Shown piece by piece: positions 43,312 through 55,800 of a stretch of 64,000 bases of DNA. How positions within the stretch are numbered: the first letter of the stretch is position 1; the number at the start of each line of letters is the position of its first letter. Where the stretch lies: positions 310,001 to 374,000 of the forward strand of contig NIVC01000069.1 in assembly GCA_002269645.1 (NCBI GenBank). The letters are read 5' to 3'. Below the pieces are notes generated by a model. The model did no database searches and was not told where the DNA came from. It saw only the letters and a list, made by a program, of their open reading frames with translations. Made by a program: the position numbers and the translations under genes. This stretch comes from Macrostomum lignano (Eukaryota).

Positions 43312-46300
43312 TCAATTAATCAGGTGATCCCTGCTAGCCAGCTGGTAGAACTGACAAGCTGCCGGTCTCAGAGGATTAAAAAAATCGTCTAGCACGAGCC
43401 GACGCATCGGCGGCAGATGAGCCGAGGGCGCCAGCGCCGACCATTCAACGCGAAGATAACTATAAAGAACGTCGCGCACGAGGCCGTAGTCAGCTTCGTA
43501 GTTTCGACGCTGCAACGGTCGATGGGAGGGCAGCTCCATCAACTGATGCTGCTGCTGCTGAGGCTGCTGCTGCTCAGACTCCAGCAGCTCCTCTAATCGC
43601 ACATGCAAGCAGCGCAGCTGAGACCCGTAGTGCCTAGCAATGGCCAGCAGTTCTCGTTCCCGCAGTCGGCCGCCTTCGTAGGCGAAACCGCGCAGACGAG
43701 GCGCGAGAGTCAGCAGCTGGCGCGTCAGCTCGGCGCTCCAGCCGCGCTCTTCAAGCGGCCCGACCGCGTGGACGGCCAGGTACTCGAGCCCGGCGCCGGC
43801 CGACACGCAACGAAGCAACAGCGGCAGCTCCTGTTCGGCATTCTGAGTTTGCACGTAGAGAGCCCGAATTGGGGGAGGAGTAGGCAGGCTGGCCAAATCG
43901 CTGAGCCACAGGGTGCTGGGCTCGCCGTATAGGATGAAGCTGAGCTCGAGTCTGGGAGCGGCCAGCATCAACTCCCGCCAGAATCTGTCCCGCCATGAGT
44001 AGCCAGCCTCAGGTTGTTGCTGTGGGATTTAGGAGTAAATAAATATTATCAGAGGCTTAGTGCTAGTGGCTTAGTGTCAGTGCCTTGGTGTCAGTGCCTT
44101 GGTGTCAGTGCCTTGGTGTCAGTGGCTTAGTGTCAGTGCCTTGGTGTCAGTGCCTTGGTGTCAGTTCCTTGGTGTCAGTGGCTTGGTGTCAGTGGCTTAG
44201 TGTCAGTGCCTTGGTGTCAGTGCCTTAGTGTCAGTGGCTTAGTGTGAGTAACTTAGTGTCAGTGCCCTAGTGTCAGTAGCTTAGTGTCAGTGGCTTAGTG
44301 TCAGTGCCTTAGTGTCAGTGCCTTAGTGTCAGTGGCTTAGTATCAGTAGCTTAGTGTCAGTAGCTTAGTGTCAGTAGCTTAGTGTCAGTAGCTTAGTGTC
44401 AGTGGCTTAGTGTCAGTAACTTAGTGTCAGTGCCCTAGTGTCAGTGGCTTACTGTCAGTGGCTTAGTGTCAGTGGCTTACTGTCAGTAGCTTAGTGTCAG
44501 TGCCCTAGTATCAGTAGCTTAGTGTCAGTGGCTTAGTGTCAGTAGCTTAGTGTCAGTGGCTTAGTGTCAGTGCCTTAGATATGACCCTCAGCGTCCTAAG
44601 GGTCATATTTATAGTGTCAGAGTCTTAGTGTCCTAAGGGTCATATTTATAGTGTCAGTGGCTTAGTGTCAGTGCCTTAGATATGACCCTCAGCGTCCTAA
44701 GGGTCATATTTATAGTGTCAGAGCCCTAGTGTTCTAAAGGTCATATTTATAGTGTCAGAGCCCTAGTGTTCTAAAGGTCATATTTATAGTGTCAGAGCCC
44801 TAGTGTTCTAAGAGTCATATTTATAGCGTCAGAGCCTTAGTGTTCTAAGGGTCATATTTATAGTGTCAGAGCCCTAGTGTTCTAAGGGTCATATTTATAG
44901 TGTCAGAGCCCTAGTGTTCTAAGAGTCATATTTATAGTGTCAGAGCCCTAGTGTTCTAAAGGTCATATTTATAGTGTCAGAGCCTTAGTGTCCTAAGAGT
45001 CATATTTATAGTGTCAGAGCCCTAGTGTTCTAAGGGTCATATTTATAGTGTCAGAGCCCTAGTGTTCTAAGGGTCATATTTATAGTGTCAGAGCCCTAGT
45101 GTTCTAAAGGTCATATTTATAGTGTCAGAGCCTTAGTGTTCTAAGGGTCATATTTATAGTGTCAGAGCCTTAGTGTTCTAAGGGTCATATTTATAGTGTC
45201 AGAGCCCTAGTGTTCTAAAGGTCATATTTATAGTGTCAGAGCCTTAGTGTTCTAAGGGTCATATTTATAGTGTCAGAGCCTTAGTGTTCTAAGGGTCATA
45301 TTTATAGTGTCAGAGCCTTAGTGTTCTAAGGGTCATATTTATAGTGTCAGAGCCTTAGTGTTCTAAGGGTCATATTTATAGTGTCAGAGCCTTAGTGTTC
45401 TAAGGGTCATATTTATAGTGTCAGAGCCCTAGTGTTCTAAGGGTCATATTTATAGTGTCAGAGCCTTAGTGTTCTAAGGGTCATATTTATAGTGTCAGAG
45501 CCTTAGTGTTCTAAGGGTCATATTTATAGTGTCAGAGCCCTAGTGTTCTAAGGGTCATATTTATAGTGTCAGAGCCCTAGTGTTCTAAAGGTCATATTTA
45601 TAGTGTCAGAGCCTTAGTGTTCTAAGGGTCATATTTATAGTGTCAGAGCCTTAGTGTTCTAAGGGTCATATTTATAGTGTCAGAGCCTTAGTGTTCTAAG
45701 GGTCATATTTATAGTGTCAGAGCCCTAGTGTTCTAAAGGTCATATTTATAGTGTCAGAGCCTTAGTGTTCTAAGGGTCATATTTATAGTGTCAGAGCCTT
45801 AGTGTTCTAAGGGTCATATTTATAGTGTCAGAGCCTTAGTGTCCTAAGGGTCATATTTATAGTGTCAGAGCCTTAGTGTTCTAAGGGTCATATTTATAGT
45901 GTCAGAGCCCTAGTGTTCTAAGGGTCATATTTATAGTGTCAGAGCCTTAGTGTTCTAAGGGTCATATTTATAGTGTCAGAGCCTTAGTGTTCTAAGGGTC
46001 ATATTTATAGTGTCAGAGCCTTAGTGTTCTAAGGGTCATATTTATAGTGTCAGAGCCTTAGTGTTCTAAGGGTCATATTTATAGTGTCAGAGCCCTAGTG
46101 TTCTAAGGGTCATATTTATAGTGTCAGAGCCTTAGTGTTCTAAGGGTCATATTTATAGTGTCAGAGCCTTAGTGTTCTAAGGGTCATATTTATAGTGTCA
46201 GAGCCTTAGTGTTCTAAGGGTCATATTTATAGTGTCAGAGCCTTAGTGTTCTAAGGGTCATATTTATAGTGTCAGAGCCTTAGTGTTCTAAGGGTCATAT

Positions 46301-48868
46301 TTATAGTGTCAGAGCCTTAGTGTTCTAAGGGTCATATTTATAGTGTCAGAGCCCTAGTGTTCTAAGGGTCATATTTATAGTGTCAGAGCCCTAGTGTTCT
46401 AAAGGTCATATTTATAGTGTCAGAGCCTTAGTGTTCTAAGGGTCATATTTATAGTGTCAGAGCCTTAGTGTTCTAAGGGTCATATTTATAGTGTCAGAGC
46501 CTTAGTGTCCTAAGGGTCATATTTATAGTGTCAGAGCCTTAGTGTTCTAAGGGTCATATTTATAGTGTCAGAGCCCTAGTGTTCTAAGGGTCATATTTAT
46601 AGTGTCAGAGCCTTAGTGTTCTAAGGGTCATATTTATAGTGTCAGAGCCTTAGTGTTCTAAGGGTCATATTTATAGTGTCAGAGCCTTAGTGTTCTAAGG
46701 GTCATATTTATAGTGTCAGAGCCTTAGTGTTCTAAGGGTCATATTTATAGTGTCAGAGCCTTAGTGTTCTAAGGGTCATATTTATAGTGTCAGAGCCCTA
46801 GTGTTCTAAGGGTCATATTTATAGTGTCAGAGCCCTAGTGTTCTAAGGGTCATATTTATAGTGTCAGAGCCTTAGTGTTCTAAGGGTCATATTTATAGTG
46901 TCAGAGCCCTAGTGTTCTAAGGGTCATATTTATAGTGTCAGAGCCTTAGTGTCCTAAGGGTCATATTTATAGTGTCAGAGCCTTAGTGTTCTAAGGGTCA
47001 TATTTATAGTGTCAGAGCCTTAGTGTTCTAAGGGTCATATTTATAGTCTCAGAGGAGCAAAGAAGCAATTTACCCAGTGACCGTGATGCTGATACCGCGA
47101 CATAAATCCGGTATCAACTGTCAGACTAGCCAGGCAGCCCTTAGTAGCCAGCCGCATTAGCGCAGTCTCGTGCACATTATTCCACAGATAGCTGACTGTG
47201 AGGTGCCGCAGCGAAGTCAGGCGGTCCGCTAGCCGGGGCGTCAGCTTAGGCAAGCGCGACGCTTCCGCTGGGCTGTGCGGTTTAAAAAACGGCACGCACT
47301 GCAGAGACAGACAGCGCTCCGGTATCCGATTGTGCAGGCATCTGGCGATAGCGCACGTGACCGCCAGGCTGCTATGCGAGCAGTTCACGCTCACCTGAGC
47401 GAAATTATTCAATTTATCGCATATTGATTTCGAAATTTAATGCAGCTCCCGACTTTATTCTGATCGAATCGTCGCCCTGATAAAGCTGATTTTTTACAGT
47501 GCGCTTTTCACGTAGCGATCCTAGGGCCACTAATATTTCACTACGGTTTCTAGTTGTCTACATCCGGTGGCGTGATAGCCTCCGTGAAAGGAGTAGTGTG
47601 AAAGGCTCTGTGAATGGAAGAGTGGCGTGAAGGGAGGCTCTGTGAATGGAAGAGTGGCGTCAAGGGAAGGCTCTGTGAAAGGACTGGCGTGAATGAAAGG
47701 GTCTGTGAATGGAGGACTGGCGTGAATGAAAGGGTCTGTGAATGGAGGACTGGCGTGATAGGAAGGCTCTGTGAAAGGAGTGGTGATAGAAAGGCTCTGT
47801 GAAATGAGTGGTGTGATAGGAAGGCGCTGTGAAATGAGTGGTGTGATAAGAAGGCTCTGTGAAAGGAGTGGTGTGATAGGAAGGTTTTCTGAAAGGAGTG
47901 GTGTGATAGGAAGGCTTTGTGAAAGGAGTGGCGATAGGAAGGCTCTGTGAAAGGAGTGGTGTGATAGGAAGGCTCTGTGAAAGGAGTGGTGTGATAGGAA
48001 GGCTCTGTGAAAGGAGTGGTGTGATAGGAAGGCTCTGTGAAAGGAGTGGCGATAGGAAGGCTCTGTGAAAGGAGTGGTGTGATAGGAAGGTTTTCTGAAA
48101 GGAGTGGTGTGATAGGAAGGCTTTGTGAAAGGAGTGGCGATAGGAAGGCTCTGTGAAAGGAGTGGTGTGATGGGAGGGCTCTGTGAAAGGAGTGGTGTGA
48201 TAGGAAGGCTCTGTGAAAGGAGTGGTGTGATAGGAAGGCTCTGTGAAATGACTGGTGGCATTATTATCTGTAGTGTGCAAATAATAAATGCATTTGGGTG
48301 GCAAGCATTCCACTGCTAGCAATTCTGCCCATTTCGCTGACTTCATGGCCTTCATAGCTGTGTAGCCCCACAGTTATTTTCTTCGCACCTGTCCACCGCA
48401 TCGAGACAGCAGGCAGTCAAGCAGTTGCAGCAGACAATCTGTATCCGAGTCCAATTCTTCAATATTGCCGCCAACATCTTCGCTCCATTTGACAACTAAT
48501 TGTAGAGTGTGCACAGACGGACAGAATGCGATGACAGTGCGCAGCAGCGCGTGGTTGAGCCTGGCAGCCGGATAGAAGTGATCATTAGTGACCGTCAGCC
48601 GGAGGTGTCTCAGGTAGCGGCCCATTCGCATTAGAAGTTTCATACCGTGACGCAGGACACTGCGGCGGTATACGGCGCTGTCGTAGGTTAAAAATGACAA
48701 ATCAATCAGGTCGCTACGCCAGACGCTGTGCAGGAATACCAGATCGCGGAGCTCCGGCACGCCCTCAAGAATGATTAGTTTAGTAGCCGGATCGGTGAAT
48801 GACAGAATGTGAGCCAGAATTGAGTCTGGCAGAGCTGGCCTCGGGACAGACGCTCGCTGCTGCCCGCC
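43312..48868 (-). CDS. F-box protein with LRR-like C-terminal region (FBXL/FBXO39-like architecture)
   Basis: Exons 48868(?)-48389, 47394-47074 and 44019-43312, joined in phase 0 with GT-AG introns. F-box-like LPDSILAHILSFTDPATKLIILEGVPELRDLV, followed by LRR-like strands RYLRHLRLTV, SVHTLQLV, SLRHLTVS, LASLTV, LEYLAVH, LRCLHV. The start is either the ATG at 48904 or splicing from the upstream exon at 49648-49214. Confidence 0.8.
44048..44575 (+). repeat. 14-bp minisatellite GTGTCAGT(G/A)(G/C)CTTA, intronic
   Basis: Tandem array that grades into the 37-bp array. Confidence 0.95.
44576..47047 (+). repeat. 37-bp minisatellite GTGTCAGAGCCTTAGTGTTCTAAGGGTCATATTTATA (about 65 copies), intronic
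   Basis: Highly homogeneous array ending about 26 bp from the donor at 47073. Confidence 0.97.
47595..48250 (+). repeat. 27-30-bp minisatellite GAAGGCTCTGTGAAAGGAGTGGTGTGATAG, intronic
   Basis: Lies in F-box intron 48388-47395. Confidence 0.95.
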
Positions 48869-49186
48869 CTGTTTGGCGTAAATCAGAGACAGACCATTTG
48901 GCATCCCGGATCCGAATTCCCAAAGATTACTCAAATTTGACAGTAGAACTACCAAGACGGGGAAATCAAAGATTCAAAGGTTTGAGCACTACTCTAGGAA
49001 TCGAATCTAGGCATGCAGATACTTCTCGTCTTGCGGGTGAGAAATAAATGAGATTCAAATAAAATTACCAATTTTTCGAGTAGAGCAACTTTGCACGTAT
49101 TACATGTGGTTAGTTATAAGGTTTGCAGTGGAGCTGTGGTCGCTTTCACAAATCTAAGGCGACAGCCGAGCCGAAGCAGCACGAGC

Positions 49187-49648
49187 TCACACAGAGTGCA
49201 CAGCGGTTCTGACTTTCTGGCTGGCTCTCATTAATGTACGAGTAAATCGCACAACAAACCCTTTAGTAGTTGCTTCTAGCCCCGCAAGCATTCTCCCTAC
49301 CCTGAGCAGATGCCGTTTCTGTTTTCGCCTGTGCCGACCCGACTGCTGACGACCAGCTCCAGCCGAGGACAGAGACAAGCTGGACGATTGAGTATCAAAG
49401 GAATGCCGCCTATAGGCCGAGTTAATAGACACAGACGATGAACAGTCTTCCAAGTCGTCTTCCTCGTCAGATGTGGTGGCGGTTGTTGTAGTCGTGTTGC
49501 TGGCGTCGCTGATTCGCATTGCGCCGCCCAGTTTGCACAGCAGCGCCTGGGCAGCGTCCACGCAGTCCTGCCGGGTGATGAGGCGGCGCAGAGGACTGTC
49601 GCTGCTGCTGGCGCCACCTGCGGCGCTGAACGAGCCGCTGATTGTTTG
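49187..49648 (-). CDS. Ser/Thr/acidic low-complexity coding exon, probably the 5' exon of the F-box gene or a separate small gene
   Basis: Open frame begins in phase 0 right after a TTTGCAG acceptor (49651-49649): QTISGSFSAAGG...TTTTTATTSDEEDDLEDCSSS...RHRRKQKRH. A possible phase-0 donor AAA|GTCAGA at 49213 would join exon 48868. Otherwise the frame stops at 49189-49187. Confidence 0.5.
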   Translation of the reverse strand, partial: QTISGSFSAAGGASSSDSPLRRLITRQDCVDAAQALLCKLGGAMRISDASNTTTTTATTSDEEDDLEDCSSSVSINSAYRRHSFDTQSSSLSLSSAGAGRQQSGRHRRKQKRHLLRVGRMLAGLEATTKGFVVRFTRTLMRASQKVRTAVHSV

Positions 49649-49744
49649 CTGCAAATATTCGAAACACTTTTAGTAGCAGATTTGACAAATTGCAAAGTTG
49701 CGAATTGAGAATATGCAGAGGGAACGGGGCAGTGTATGCAGACT

Positions 49745-50100
49745 GCTGGGACTCTGCAGAGAATCGGGACCTCGCTAGTGCTGGGACTCTGCAGAGAATC
49801 GGGACCTCGCTAGTGCTGGGACTCTGCAGAGAATCGGGACCTCGCTAGTGCTGGGACTCTGCAGAGAATCGGGACCTCGCTAGTGCTGGGACTCTGCAGA
49901 GAATCGGGACCTCGCTAGTGCTGGGACTCTGCAGAGAATCGGGACCTCGCTAGTGCTGGGACTCTGCAGAGAATCGGGACCTCGCTAGTGCTGGGACTCT
50001 GCAGAGAATCGGGACCTCGCTAGTGCTGGGACTCTGCAGAGAATGGGGACCTCGCTAATGCTGGGATTATGCAGATAATCGGGACCTCGCTAATGCTGGG
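49745..50100 (+). repeat. 35-bp minisatellite GCTGGGACTCTGCAGAGAATCGGGACCTCGCTAGT (about 10 copies)
   Basis: Direct inspection. Confidence 0.96.
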
Positions 50101-51014
50101 GGGATCGGTTTCCATAGCGTGCAGAAAGAGATAAAGAGAATCAAGCGTTGTTTATTTTATTGGCGGTTCCGATAACTCAGTAAAGGTTTTTTCCAATGAA
50201 AAGATTAGCTGGCATTATTAGCTATCTAAGAGCTGTCACGCCTCATCCTAGTTTAACCTCATGTCTCGTTGCGTGACTTCTAGGCTATCATTTTTCAGTA
50301 GCAGCAATCGATCACTAAAATGGCGACAACGCCCAAGAAGGCGAACTCAATAAGATAATTGCAGCTCAACAAATACTAAGTTAGGAGTAATCGATATGAT
50401 GATGGAGGCTAAAGCTGCCAATTGAATGAGAAAACTGATACATACTGCATATTAGGCTTCCTTTGAAGTTGAGAGGCCAGAACTCAAAGTTATGCTCTTG
50501 TAAGTACGTTTGGGCTTCGGAGCAGATGAATTTGATCCAGAAATTGCAGAAGTCTGCAGAAAATAGATATGTTTCTCTTTTTTATCAGAGACAGGGGGCA
50601 GTGTGCACTTGACACATTGACACAACAACCGGCGAGAGGCATTACGAGCGTACTGCCCATTCCACGGACTCCCCTGAGCAGGCACACAAGCGCGCGGATA
50701 CGCACGCAGTCATACGCACAGGCACACACTCACACAGGAGTGTACAGCGGCCCTAACTTTATTTATCGTTAGGCACTAGCAATCTAGTGCGGCCCCCCTT
50801 TGGGGCGCCCAATAAGCAAGGAGCAAAAATAGTTCATGGAAAACAATTAAAAAAGCACATTTACTTAAGAACTAATTCCTTCTTCACTTATAAAAATCAC
50901 CTTATTCGTGTAAAATTGTCACGGACAAGGATGTTTGCTATGAATAACTTTTTCTCTAAAATTAACAAATAGACAACAAAATATAGCTCCCTCTAAATAG
51001 AAAATATTCCCAAG

Positions 51015-51878
51015 ACAGCAAGCATCTCCCCAGATAGCAAGCACCCCCCTCCAAAAGTAAGCAACCGCAGATAGCAAGCATCCCCTAATGCTCATAGCAA
51101 GCATCCCCCAGATAGCAAGCATCACCCCAGATAGCAAGCATCTGCAGACAGCAAGCATCCCCCAGATAGCAAGAATTCTGCAGACAGCAAGCATCCCCCA
51201 GATAGCAGCATCCACCCAGATAGCAAGAATTCTGCAGACAGCAAGCATCCCCCAGATAGCAGCATCCACCCAGATAGCAAGAATTCTGCAGACAGCAAGC
51301 ATCCCCCAGATAGCAGCATCCACCCAGATAGCAAGAATTCTGCAGATAGCAAGAATTCTGCAGACAGCAAGCATCCCCCAGATAGCAGCATCCACCCAGA
51401 TAGCAAGAATTCTGCAGACAGCAAGCATCCCCCAGATAGCAGCATCCACCCAGATAGCAAGAATTCTGCAGACAGCAAGCATCCCCCAGATAGCAAGAAT
51501 TCTGCAGACAGCAAGCATCCCCCAGATAGCAGCATCCACCCAGATAGCAAGAATTCTGCAGACAGCAAGCATCCCCCAGATAGCAGCATCCACCCAGATA
51601 GCAAGAATTCTGCAGACAGCAAGCATCCCCCAGATAGCAAGAATTCTGCAGACAGCAAGCATCCCCCAGATAGCAGCATCCACCCAGATAGCAAGAATTC
51701 TGCAGACAGCAAGCATCCCCCAGATAGCAGCATCCACCCAGATAGCAAGAATTCTAAAGACAGCAAGCATCCCCCAGATAGCAGCATCCACCCAGATAGC
51801 AAGAATTCTGCAGATAGCAAGCACCCCCCCCCCAGATATTATAGAAGCATCCTGCAGATAGCAAGCACCCCCCAGATA
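51015..51878 (+). repeat. Modular minisatellite of CAGATAGCAAG / CATCCCC / AATTCTG modules
   Basis: Codon-multiple modules give stop-free ORFs on both strands. Not coding. Confidence 0.93.
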
Positions 51879-52627
51879 CTATAAAATCGTTAGGCATGTA
51901 CACTTCACTGCGCCTTGGGGTTGGGTTGGCCCTCAAAGGCGTTAATTGCACGAGCAGAGCCAAGCCGAGATTCCAATTTACGCGCAGACAAAGTGAAAGT
52001 CACAGTACGCAGCCCTATGGCTGATAATAACTATGAGAAATCTTCACTTGACGCTATGCTAACGTTACAACACTATATAATTAGCATAAATGCCACCCTG
52101 GCAAATGCAGGTACCGGTCAGACAGATCGGCTACTGACTTGGTCTGACCTAATCTGATTTCATTTAAAATCCTTTGAAAGTGCAAAATGGAGAAAGAAAT
52201 AACAAATCAAGAAATACCGAATTCCAAAAAATCATTGCAACGCAATAATACATTACAATTTATGAATATTGTACTCAGACAAGCAATAAAGAGTCCTATA
52301 GCATCTGAGCCTCCGTCAATAAGCTGCTCACGACTATAAGAAACAGATGCCCCTTCTTTGGCTAGAAAGCAAAAAATCGGAGCGCACAGCTGGCAAAGCC
52401 TACAGACGCCACTACTTAACATTGACGACTCACCCAACACACTTTGGATGTTTGCTGAGAGATAATTGCAGCGTTTAGGAGACGCGAAAAACGTGAGCAA
52501 ATTAGAGAGAAGAGGCCTAGGCATGGCACGGTATGGTAGTGGGCGACAAATGCTTGTGGGATGTGATGTGATTCGCGACTACCTGCCGCCTGCTCTGCTG
52601 ACCTCAAACGGATTCGGGAGCATCTGC

Positions 52628-52778
52628 GGACAGACAGACATGCAGACAGGCAGAGAGACAGACAGACAGAGACATGCAGACAGACAGGCAGAGAGACAGA
52701 CACTAAAACAGACAGACAGCAGACAGACAGACAGACACTGACAAACAGACAGACAGCAGATAGACAGAGATACAGAGA
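52628..52778 (+). repeat. Degenerate (ACAG)n microsatellite downstream of the UTP18 stop
   Basis: Direct inspection. Confidence 0.9.
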
Positions 52779-52800
52779 CAGTTGCGAATCAATCAGCAGC

Positions 52801-55800
52801 TCAATAGCCGCTATAATGCGACAAGCGAAACATGGCCGCCCGGCCAGTGTGCTGTCCGAGGCACAGAAAACCGCCGCCAGGCGAGAAATCGGCCGAGTGC
52901 ACGGCGGCCAAATAGTGCCGAATAGTTGGCGGCGGGAAATTCTGCATAACCCGACCGTCGCCAAGGTGCCAGAGTCGGACAGCCTGCGGCTCCTGCCTCG
53001 ACGCCATCAGCAGGAGCTCCTGGCTGGGATGGAACCGCAGACAGCTGCACTCGGTAGTGAGATTAGTGGCAGTCCGAATCGGTTTGGTCTCCAACGGCCG
53101 ACCAGTTGTCGCCGAGGCCAGGTCAGCAGCCTCCCAGCCGTACAGATTAACAATGCCGCAGGTGCTGCCGCAGGCAATGTAGCGACTGGACGCAGCTAAA
53201 CTAGACAATCCCGTGCTGCCTTCGTCAACAAATGTACCGCGAAGTTTCCTATTGGTCAGACAGAAAACTGACACCTGACCGTCTGAGCCGCCGGCTAGGA
53301 GGCAGTCGCCATCGACGCCGAATGCTAGCGATTGCAGACTCGAACTGGCGCTGCGAAGGGTGCAGACTCGATTGCGCGTCTGCGCGGAAATGGGGATTGA
53401 TTGCTTGTAAGTTAGTAAAAAGAGGGCTGTTTCAGAAGTATAAAGAGGGATAATGAGTGAGTGGGTGGGCCGACAATGAGTGAGTGAGCGAGTGGATAAT
53501 GAGTGAGTGAGCGAGTGGATAATGAGTGAGTGAGAGAGTGGATAATGAGTGAATGAGTGAGCGGATAACGAGTGAGTGAGTGGGTGGATAATGAGTGAGT
53601 GGGTGGGCGGATTATGAGTGAGTGAGCGAGTGGATAACGAGTGAGTGAGTGGGCGGATAATGAGTGAGTGAGAGGGCGGATTATGAGTGAGTGAGAGGGC
53701 GGATTATGAGTGAGTGAGAGGGCGGATTATGAGTGAGTGGGTGGGCGGATTATGAGTGAGTGAGAGGGCGGATTTTGAGTCAGTGATCGAGTGGATAATG
53801 AGTGAGTGAGAGGGCGGATTATGAGTGAGTGAGCGAGTGGATAATGAGTGAGTGAGAGGGCGGATTATGAGTGAGTGAGCGAGTGGATAATGAGTGAGTG
53901 AGAGGGCGGATTATGAGTGAGTGAGCGAGTGGATAATGAGTGAGTGAGAGGGCGGATTATGAGTGAGTGAGCGAGTGGATAATGAGTGAGTGAGAGGGCG
54001 GATTATGAGTGAGTGAGCGAGTGGATAATGAGTGAGTGAGAGGGCAGATTATGAGTGCGTTGGGAATCAGGCGAAGCTTAGGGGCGGGAAGGACTAATAA
54101 CGGTATAAAGCATGTTTTCAGTTTAGCAATAAATTGAAGAACAGCATAAAGGAGGGAAATTTTCTTGACCTTCGAAAAAAAGTCAAGTTAATGACTGTCT
54201 TTCGGAGCATTTTGCCCAGCGTAATTAGAAAATAACAAGCTTGAATGAGTGGCATTGAGATTGGTTATAATAGGACACTAATTGGAACAGAGTTACCTTG
54301 AAGTCAACCAGGTAGACTTCGCCATATTTGCCAATAAAAGCGATCAGTTTTTGATCCGGCGAAATCTCAAAGTCCGATAATTTGCAATTTCGCTCAACGC
54401 CTGCGGGAAGAGTTGAAAGGGTTAAACATTAGTTTAAAAAAAGCTTTCAACAACACGAATGAAACGACATGAGGCTTCTCGGCGTTCTCAATCTACGCAT
54501 GCACGAATAACGCATAGAGCTCACGCAGCATTGATCAAAACTACCGCCAAACCGAGGATGAAGAACACAGCCACAGAATCCTTTATTCAAAACATTGCGT
54601 CAACAGAATCCCATATATACTTGTAAGACTTCAAGTCCAATATCAACAGTATCAAAGAATCCCACAGAGTGCGTCATGCAACATCAACTTTAGTTTTGGC
54701 ATCCCTTGACTTTGGACCCCAGACACCTAAGACCCCACACCAACTGAATCCCATATCTAAGACCCCACACCAACTGAATCCCATATCTAAGACCCCACAC
54801 CAACTGAATCGCATACCAAAGACCCTATACAAAAAAATTCTATATAATATAAAAACCCGCACTAGTAGAATCTCATATCCAAGACCCCAAACTAGTAGAA
54901 TCTCATATCCAAGACCCCAAACTAGTAGAATCTCATACCCGCCGGGCTGAATTTAGCCGTCTTTTATCCGATGCGTTGTCCGGAGTTTAATCCGGCAGGA
55001 ATAGCAAATTTACATGCAAAAAAACGGACGAAAACCGGACGAAAAGTTTACAAAACGGATGAAAGTGTTGAAAATATGACGTTTATCCGGTTTGGTATCC
55101 GGCTGTGTGTCCGGTTATTGCCCGATAAGTAATCCGGAGGAAGCCGGATGGGAGAGCGGAGCCAATTCCGGATGAAAACCGGATAAAATGTATGGATGTT
55201 ACAGCCGGATAAGAAACCGGAGCCATTTCCGGATCAAATGTATGGATACCTGTATACTGTCGTCGGATAATAATGGACATTCTAGATGCTTATTACTCAG
55301 CCTTAATTTGTGCTCTTTACAGCGGCTTCCAAAGGTTTGGCACAAAAATTGCACTATGTAGCGGCTATTATAGCTACGGCTCCTGCTCCTATCTATAGCT
55401 GCTGCTCCTGCTATGATTCTGCTCGTATCTGTATGAACAAGCGAGGAGCTCTAGAGAAGCTTACTAGTAGAAAGCTTTCGGCAGGGGCGCGTCCAGAGGT
55501 TTCAGGATGGGGGGCCGATCAGGAGAGGGGAGAGAAGAGAGAGGAAGGATGAAAGAAGAGAGAAGAGATGAGATAGGAGAGATGAAAGAGGGGAAAGGAG
55601 AGATGAGAGAGCAGAGACAAGAAATGTGACAGTAGAGCTAGAACAGAGGAGAGAGGAGAGGGAAGAGAAATATGTGAGAGCAGACATGAGAGACAGTGGG
55701 AGACAAGTGGAGTGGATGGGAGGAGAAAGGAGAAAAAAGGGGGAGAATCGAGAGGACAAGAAGAGAGGGGAAGGGAGAGAAGAGGGAGGAGAGGAAAGAG

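Noticed and set aside
50919-51861. 232-301 aa repetitive hydrophobic ORFs on both strands
   Set aside because: They come from codon-multiple repeat modules, with no splice signals or unique sequence.
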